Source: the human T2T-CHM13v2.0 reference genome, Homo sapiens
Direction: 5' to 3' (one strand)
DNA: 64,000 bases
NCBI RefSeq assembly: GCF_009914755.1
Contig: NC_060930.1
The notes under the pieces are model-generated. The model ran no database searches. It had not been told where the DNA came from and saw only the letters and a list, made by a program, of their open reading frames with translations. A program made the translations under genes and the position numbers. This document shows positions 55,870 to 64,000 of this stretch, piece by piece (within the stretch, counting starts at the first letter, position 1; every line of letters begins with the position of its first letter).

Positions 55870-56640
55870 ATTTTTTTTTTTCAATTTTTGTATCAAGATT
55901 GGCCTAGTCTCGCAAAATGATTTGATTTCTTCCCTTCCCTTTCCTTCTCTTTTTAGAAATTATGTAAGGCTCTTGTTGTTTCTTCCTTAAAAATTTAATA
56001 TAGTTCATCAAGAATGGTGGAAGCTTGGTTTTAGGCATTGTTAGATAGGTCTTTATTTGATTTGCTCTTGATTCTTAAGACATGCTTCATTTTTGTTTCA
56101 ATGGAAAGTCACTCTAACTTGGCAAAATATGAACTCTAAAGTGTATCTCTCTCTTTCGTGGGAAGCTGCAGAAATTTCTGCTCAGCTTTTTAAAACTCTC
56201 AGCTGTTGATAACCTCCCTGGGCTCTTTGGAGTCTTGTCTCACCATGTGTTCTGGAGTCAACCAAGTATTTGAGAGAAGTTTCTACACGGTTTTTGGTAT
56301 TCACTGCCATGGGTCCCTCAATTTCCAGTCTCTATCTTCCCCTAAATGTGTCTTCTGACTTCCCAGGGCAGCTTTATTTTTTTATTTATATTTCTGTCTT
56401 GGGCTGGGAAATGCCCCTAGGAAAAGCTGAACAAATATTATCTTACCTAACCTGTCCCTTTCTCTCAAGAATTGAATCCCTTCCAGTCTTAATCTGCTGT
56501 TGGCTGCTGCCTTTAATTACAGCAGATTAATCTACTGTAATCTGCTGATGTGCTGCCTTTACACAGTTGTACTTTGTCCTTCTTTTATAGCTTATGATTT
56601 TCTGGGCAAGAGGATCACTCTGATAACAAGCTGTTCCACC
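55870..56640 (-). mobile_element. Old L1M fragments, antisense
   Basis: 'tttttgtatcaagatt..ctagtctcgcaaaatga' plus 5'UTR-like sequence; heavily decayed. Confidence 0.45.
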
Positions 56641-58899
56641 ATTACCCTTAGTGAGGACATAGTAAACTTCATTTATGGTTAAAATTACACTAGAGAATTT
56701 ACTGATTTTTATCTTATTATTATTGTAAACATTATTATCAACAATTTCACTTCCATTTCTTCATTTTAATTTTGTCTTTAGAAAATGGAATTGTTGTGCT
56801 TTTATTAATAGAAGTGTTTTGGCATCATTCTTACATGGTTGCAAACTGGATGCAGATTTATTAGAGGTATTTTATCCATTCATTTTTTTCCTTACTAAAA
56901 GTTAATCCATGGGTAAGATAAAAAAAGAAACCACCAAAAATAAGAATCCCAGAACTCACAAGCATTTAATTCCTATGTCTATTAATTCACACCAGTAACT
57001 TGATGACTGTTAAATACTATTAACAGTACTTATAAATATTGCCCACCATGATCAAGAAGCTGGACATGAAGATGTCAGCATGACAGATGATATGGGCTTT
57101 CATTTTTTTTTTTTTTGCCTTCTCACTTTGGCTTCATAATCCCATTGCTAGTCATGATTAGGGCCTTTTTGTCTTCAAGCTTCAATGAGCTGTGTTCATA
57201 AAGAAGCAGAACAATGGCAGAAGAATGAGGGGATAAATGAAGAGGCCATGGAGGAGGGAGTCTATTCTTGAACAATTATGAACTGTTCATGGGGAATGGT
57301 TGGATATATATATCAGTACTCTTGACTTTTGGCAACACATTTACTGAGAAAATAGCTCCTATTACTCTACAATGAGAGTGTCCAACATATTAACTGCTCA
57401 CAGCTCCACTTCATGTTCTTTTCAAATTAATCTCCTCAAAGTCTTTCTTCAAGAATCCATTAGCAGGTCAGAAGGCCTAACATCAGTTTCATTCTCTATT
57501 ATTCTTTTTCCTCCCATGGCTTTTTTTCCTCCCTTGCTTTGATTCTGTTTTTCTTCCTCCTTTTAGAGACTGTAAAATATCTCCAGGATATAATTTTTTC
57601 CTTGAAGTTAGAATCCAGAGTATTAGTAATTAGGTGCTTATGGTACTTAGTAATGACATTATTATCATTTAGTAAAATGGTTGTTTGTAAGGTAAAAAGA
57701 ACATTGTTAATAACTAACATATAGATTTTTCTAAGTAATCTGGGGCATTGCTAGTATAAATCTAAATATAAATATTTTAGGTGGAGGAAAATATTTGCAG
57801 GAAATTCAAATTTTCAAACCACCACTCTTTCATCAGGCTTGTAATTTTCAGTAGGTGTGTTGAAAAGTTAATGTATGTAAGACTGGCCATTATAACTTAT
57901 TCAGTTTAATACTAATGAGCAGTGTTTTTATCTACTTGAAAAACGGAACAGTATTTAAGTGTTCTTAAGGAGAAACGCTGCATTTCATTGTTTGTAAAAC
58001 TTATAAGGCAGATCCTTTATTAATCTCCTTACAAAATTTCCTATCTAATATTTCTCATCTTCTAATAAATATAAATAGGACTTTGAAAACTTTGTTAGGA
58101 TAAAAGAAAGCTAGATAGTCACATGGACCTGGCCAAAAGTTTTAAACTATGAATTTTGGCCTAAAGAGAGAGTATAAGTGGAAGACAAAACTCTAACCCA
58201 AACCTAGAATTATAGACTCAATAATAGACATGAATATCTATATATCCAAATAAAAAGAGTACCACCAAAGAGTCTATAGGATAGATCCTTCACCTGTTTC
58301 TCTGTATCTTATCCTCTAGCTGCCTGGCAATGAAATAAACTTAAGTTAGATTTGGACTAAAAGACAAAATGCTTCCTCAGATAATTTTATTTGTATCTGA
58401 ATATATTTGATTTCTTATCATTGCTTTATCTATTGTGAATTACTATTATACTTTTTTATATTGATGTGTACATATAAAATTGTGGTATGTATCATTTTTA
58501 GAGTACTATAAATAACATAAGGACCAAGATGTTGGAATGATGTAGCTGCAGCAGTGCTAAACCCATTAATTTACAATTTGATCCATTTACCTAAGTGGTT
58601 GCCTTCCTGCCTCAAAAGTCCTTGTGGATTTCTTTCAAAGCAGTACATTTGTGTGAAGAGGGCTACCCTTTCAGAGATTTTCTTTCATGAATGGTATGTG
58701 GGTAATTGCACTCTATTGCTACACTCTCAAAGACAGCACAAAATGTTTGGTTTTCTAGCTACTAAATTTGAAGTGGTTTTTTTTTAGATACATAGGTGAA
58801 ACTTCTAGTTTTATGTAACAGTTAAAATTTGAAATTGTAATGAGGTGAAGAATTCTCCAGAAAGTCCTCACAAGAATGTCTCATGAAATAGGAGTGATA

Positions 58900-59070
58900 C
58901 TAAGGGGAAGTGAGAAGGGATGATGTATCGGAAGAGCACAAAGTAAAGGGCACATCTAGCGGCCCTGCAGCAGCTGGCAGGTGGAGAGTGGGTGGGAGCT
59001 GAAATCATCTTGGTCTCTTCCTGTTCTGGAAGTGATGCGCAGTGAATTAGGGAAAATGAGGAAGTGAGAT
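58900..59070. promoter_or_regulatory. Candidate ETS/PU.1 + E-box enhancer module
   Basis: GGAAGTG at 58906, 59028 and 59060; CAGCTG at 58971, CAGGTG at 58978. Confidence 0.4.
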
Positions 59071-59439
59071 GGAGAGGTAAAACACAGAAGGGCAGAGTGC
59101 TGGAAAATCTTGGTAATAACATTAAAAATTTTTCTGGATTGGTGGATGAGGCAATAGAGAATAATTGCAGTGCAAGAGAATGGAAGAGAAAAAAATGATT
59201 TTTATAACATTGCTGTGGGTTGTAAATTAAGTCTCAAATTTTATTTGATATGCAAGGAAAGACTGTGATTATTTCAAAATTACTTTTCGTTGCTGTGCTG
59301 TGCTGCTTTGAATGTGACTTTGAGTTAAGCCTGAGCCACGTGGGGTCCTAGATTTATTTTATTCACAAAATTCCTGGTTTCTAAGTGTGAAAAAGATACA
59401 TTAAAAGCTGACTTATCTTTTAGAATAAGAGGTTCAAAA

Positions 59440-59610
59440 CTGAGAATAGAAAGAACAACAGACTCCTTGAGTTCTAGCTCTGAGTCTTCCACCACATGCC
59501 TGTAGGACTTACTTTGGGGAGTTTTAAACAGTTCTGGACCACGTTTTCTTAATTTGTAAAAGAAAAGATCACATGAGGTAATTGAAAGGTTAACTCTCAG
59601 CTCTGAAAGC
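59440..59610 (+). mobile_element. MIR remnant
   Basis: 'gagttctagctctg...ccac...actttggg...ttttcttaatttgtaaaa'. Confidence 0.5.
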
Positions 59611-59744
59611 TTGTGCTCCTTAAGTTAAAAATGTCAGCATGAGCAAATGCAATTATTGTATTGTTAATGGCTGTTAGCATGCTTATAAAACAATAATTTC
59701 AATAATAAAACATTATCCCTCAATGAGTCCTTTTTTCTAATCAG

Positions 59745-59945
59745 AAATTATCTATGTATTATTTAAGTATGTCTCATTTAATTTTGACAATAGTCTTACA
59801 AGGTGGAGGTTGTTATCCTCATTTTATAGTTGAGGAATGGAGACTTAGGAAATTTAAATTAGCTGAGACCAGAAGGTTTTAGCTAATTGGTACAAGAAGT
59901 GAGATTTGAAACAGGTCTGCCTGAGTCAGAGGTCAGGCTGACCAG
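59745..59945 (-). mobile_element. MIR remnant
   Basis: 'tatcctcattttatagttgaggaatggagacttag...gatttgaaacaggtctgcctga'. Confidence 0.75.
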
Positions 59946-60069
59946 CATCATGGGAATTTCCCAGCAATTCCCAGAACAGGGTTTCTCATGGAACTGTTAC
60001 TGAGTCACCTGGAGCCCCATTGTGGCATCCAGGTTAACCTTCTCTAGCACTGTAGCATTCGCTGAGTCA
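59922..60069. promoter_or_regulatory. Candidate signal-responsive enhancer (AP-1/ERE/NF-kB/STAT)
   Basis: TGAGTCA at 59922, 60001 and 60063; GGTCAggcTGACC 59931-59943; GGGAATTTCC 59952-59961; TTCCCAGAA 59968-59976. Confidence 0.6.
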
Positions 60070-60365
60070 AGACCGGCTGCTGTTTCCTTCCTCCTCGAAA
60101 AAATCACTATCCATATTCAAGGTGTGCCTACAGCTTCCAGTGTTCTGTGCAAGGTTAGCACCCAGCAACTCCTGGGTTCTATGTACAGAGGTGCAGAAGG
60201 GCATTCTTAAAAATGTCAGACTTTTTTTTTTTAAACTTCAGGGTTAAAGCATTTTGCTTGTGTCCATTACTACTCTTGAAAGATATTATTAGGGTTTCCC
60301 TATTATGATTTGCCCAGAATCACAGTACGTATCAGGAAAAACAGTTCTGAGGGTCTGAGGGTGTG

Positions 60366-60505
60366 AAATATATACATATATATATGTAGGTATATATTTT
60401 ATATATGTATGTATATATATGCATGTACGTGTGTGTGTTTGTGTATATATATATACACACACATATGTGTATATATGTGTGTGTGTGTATGTGTATATAT
60501 ATATA
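60366..60505. repeat. Compound (TA)n/(TG)n/(CA)n microsatellite at the Alu tail
   Basis: Directly visible. Confidence 0.92.
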
Positions 60506-60747
60506 AACAGAATCCTGCCCTGTCACCAGGCTGGCGTGCAGTGACGTGATCTCGGCTCACTGCAACCTCTGCGTCCTGAGTGGCTGGGATTACAGGTGTG
60601 CGTCACCATGTGCAGCTAATTTTTGTGTTTTTAGTAGAGAGAGGGTTTTGCCATCTTTACCAGGCTGGGCTTTAACTGCTGACTTCAAGTGATCTGCCTG
60701 CCTTGGCCTCCCAAACTGCTGGGACCACAGGCATGAGGAACCGCACC

Positions 60748-60752
<5 letters not shown>
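60506..60752 (-). mobile_element. Alu (S/J) with internal deletion
   Basis: Reverse Alu lacking ~30 bp between 'ctgcgtcc' and 'tgagtggctggg'. Confidence 0.9.
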
Positions 60753-60785
<33 letters not shown>

Positions 60786-62082
60786 CAAATACGATTTAAA
60801 ACCAGTCCACAGGCCAGACAGGTTGTAAATAAACTATGATGGTCATCCTTCTCTCATCTGCCCCTTCTACCCTAAGGCAAACACATTCCTCCATTCTCTA
60901 GTTACAAAACCCAAGCTCCCATGCATTTCTAGGTCCTTCCCTGATGGGAAAGGGAGAATGGTGTGTGAAGCTGTCTGCATTTATTTTAGCCAGCCAAAAT
61001 GCCACCTTCCACCCAAATCAAATTTATGGAGGAAATATCTCAGCTGAGTCCTGGACACAAAGAGTTTGTTGTTTTGACATCTAAATCAGGCCATGAAAGT
61101 TTAGGGAATACATCACGGTCTTCTCCCACATAAATTTTTATGCATAATTATGATCTTTCCACATAGGATTAATTGCTTTCTCTTCTGTAGTCTTATACTA
61201 TATTTATTTATAACTCTATTATAATATGGATCCTACTTTTTTCTTGCATGACCATGATTTATGTATTTGCCTTATCTCTCCTTCTGGACTGTAAATTTCT
61301 TAAGGCCAGGTACCATATTTATAAACCTAAACTGAATATTTAAATCTTTAGAAAGATAGCTTAAATATTTATGATATGCTTCTATCATATATCTGTGAAA
61401 CATCTAAAGTTAAGTTTTAAAGTTCAGAATAATGACTTTAACTTAGAATTCAAGGTTGGCTAAGATACTTTGAATTATTTCTTTATAGTAAACAGAATTT
61501 TAGGAAAGAAGATTGTTAAGATATATAACATGTTCTTACCACTCAGCCAGGTCAGATCCTAACAGCAGGAGCAATTCTGTGAAATAGAAAAGAAAGGCAT
61601 ATTTCTTTTTCTACTGACAGATAATCTCACTCCACAAAGCCAGGATACTTTCTTATTCTGGTGCACAGAATGGTGTACCTACAGCCATTCTAGGCTTATG
61701 AAAGATGCAGTTATCATTTCTGTCTCAAATTCAGTCCCTAAAAGGATAAAGACATACAGGATAAATAACATACTTCAAGCAAAGTGAGACCATCACTTTA
61801 TTAGAATATATATGTTGTTTAAAATTTTAAACTTTATTTACTTTGACTCAATCAGAGATGATTAGTCTTATTGTCATTCCAAAGCACTTTGGAGTTATTT
61901 ATCCTGTTATTTGTTGTTTGGAATATGTCCTTTTCCTCTCGCTCCAGAAAAGATCAATGTATGAAGTTTTAGAAGTTTTGGCTGATAAATTCTGAAAGGT
62001 CAATAAAGTGACACTTACATTAGAGATCCTGACAATTAAGTTGTATCAGGAGTTCTCTCTCTCTCTCATCAATCATCTGTCT

Positions 62083-62143
62083 ATCCATCCATCCATCCAT
62101 CCATCCATCCATCCATCCATCTACCTACGTATCTATCCATCCT
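62083..62143. repeat. (CCAT)n tetranucleotide microsatellite
   Basis: Directly visible, about 10 units plus a degenerate tail. Confidence 0.95.
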
Positions 62144-62264
62144 TCAATTTATGTGCATTCTTAGTCCAAGAAGCTGCCTTAGATAACCAAATAATCCTCA
62201 AATTTTGCAAGCATAGTCTTCCTCCTTTCCTTCCTTGTTCCTCCTTCCTCGCCTCTCTTCCTTC

Positions 62265-63000
62265 TTTCATTCAATTTTTCTGTCCTTGAGTTCCTACTTT
62301 TGGCCAGGTACTGTATACAAAGGAAATAAAAACCTTAATAATATCAAGTTTGGAGGACTTTACAGCATAGCCATGATGCAAACTGGAAAACAAGCCATTT
62401 TACAAAACAATAAGATAAGCAGCTCTCATGGTTATCTTCAAGGTAAAATGAGAACAGAGGAAAAAAAGCAGGCACGAAAAAGAGATAACATTTGAGTTGA
62501 AATTTGAAAGATGAGTGAGTAGGAGTTTTTATACAGACATTTCAGGCAGAGTGAATTATATATGCCAAGATATAGAGGAGGGGTGTGAGTCAACAGGGCA
62601 TGTTCGAAGTATTAGAGACATTCAGTATTGCCTATGAGGCAAATTGTGTAGGAGGCATGGGGGATGGGATGTGGAGATGGTGACCTTGGATGTCATGCTA
62701 AGCAGTTTGTTCTTTATCCCAAAGGCTCAGGGAGCCCTTGGAAGATTTTAAGCAGGGAATGATAAACTCAGATTAGCATTTTAGATGGATGGCAGGGCAA
62801 GACTGGAGGAAAGGTACAGGAAAGTAAAGTTGGCCTTTCTCCTTATATCCTTATACATCATTATATTATCTCACTCCAGGTAAGACATGTTTGAGGGACT
62901 GAATAAGGGCAGTGGTAATGAGATGGAAAGCAGGGAAAGTTAAAGAGTTGCTTAGGAAATAAAGTTAACCTAAGTCAGTGATTGGATAAGGGGGAAAGCA
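62265..63000 (-). mobile_element. L2 LINE fragment
   Basis: 'ttcattcaa...ggccaggtactgt', 'catttgagttgaaatttgaaagatgag', 'gatttta agcagggaatgataaactcagattagcattttaga'. Confidence 0.8.
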
Positions 63001-63857
63001 AGAGAGACTGTATAGTTCTTTTTAGCCCTTACTGCATTCTGTATATTTCTCATTTGAATTGTTTTATTAAACATTGAACTTTGGCATTTCATATGCTCTC
63101 AAATAATCTATTGACCAGAATAACCTATGTGCATTAGTTGAAAAAGTTTTATTTTGAGCTCTACCATCAAATCATACATGGACTTCCACTAAATTTCCAA
63201 TAGTTTAGATTTGGAGTGAGAGATTTTCTTTCAGAGGTCTCTGGAGTACCTCATAGGTCTGTATTCCTGGTAGACTGCGCTGAGATGACTTGCTTTTTAC
63301 AAGTTTTGCCCATCAGGTGGGTGGTCTCCAGCTAGCACTCTTAAACCTTTTGAGGTAGTCTTATTTATAAGCATGTAAACTCTTTTAAAAATATCTGATT
63401 TGTCAGAGCAAACACTCCAGGAAGCCTCTGAGTTCTTGTGGTCTTTTCAGCATACCATAAAGATGTATGTTACCTCTGGCAAGATTAGAAAACATATTGG
63501 TTAATTGTCAGATATTCCGATTTGAAACAATTAGATCTATGAGATTCCTGTAATTATTAACACAAAACTTTTTGGCAGTTTTAAAATAATTTTTTTTTGA
63601 GAAAATGCTGTAGTTGGCGTGATTCCTGTTTTTAACTTGTGTTTAACATTCTCCTTTTGTTCCATCCTGAATAGTTGGAGGAGTGCATGATTGAGCCTGT
63701 CAATTTGAAATATGGTTTTTAGATTTCAGGATATGGTAGAGATATTTTTTCCTCTTTTCTTCACATGACTGCAAGAGTTAAGTAGCTATTTTGGATGATA
63801 TTTTTGTTCCCATTTTGTGAGACATTCCACTCAGAATATTCAACTCTTACTCATTCC

Positions 63858-64000
63858 AATAATAATAATAATAACAATAATAATGCTAGCTAAAGTTTAT
63901 TGAAATATAGGTATATTTTGGTGCTACATAAATTTATGTTTTATATGATTTATCTCATATAAGCTTCACAATAAGACTATGAGTTAATGTTATTATAGTC
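63858..64000 (-). mobile_element. (AAT)n run followed by MIR remnant, truncated by the window edge
   Basis: 'aataatgctag...tttattga...gtgcta...tatctcat...cacaataa'. Confidence 0.65.

Noticed and set aside
58948-58966. CTCF-like ggCCGCTAGATGTGC on the - strand
   Set aside because: Mismatches at the highly conserved GGC core positions.

Overview
Primate (human-like) non-coding genomic DNA, AT-rich and dominated by interspersed repeats: seven Alus, L1 fragments of several ages, solo LTRs (THE1, MER52, MER11, LTR9, LTR40-like, MLT1), a two-LTR MLT1 provirus, DNA-transposon fossils (MER45A, MER44A, MER104, MER1B) and MIR/L2 remnants. The L1s include a 13-kb nest at 42.8-55.9 kb, where a near full-length L1MB-type element sits inside an older L1M. 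I can support no intact protein-coding gene, RNA gene or CRISPR array. The supplied ORFs are repeat-derived or chance-length. I cannot identify the locus. The strongest non-repeat signal is a ~150-bp cluster of perfect regulatory motifs at 59922-60069 (AP-1 x3, a consensus ERE, a consensus NF-kB site and a STAT GAS site), partly built on a MIR remnant, with an ETS/PU.1 cluster ~0.9 kb upstream. Weaker hints of a + strand spliced transcript are CpG enrichment at the window start, a candidate exon at 22494/22560-22659 and a candidate 24-nt microexon at 34015-34038. Repeat subfamily names come from recalled consensus sequences and need RepeatMasker/Dfam confirmation. I do not see a demonstrably new biological system, only candidates worth checking.
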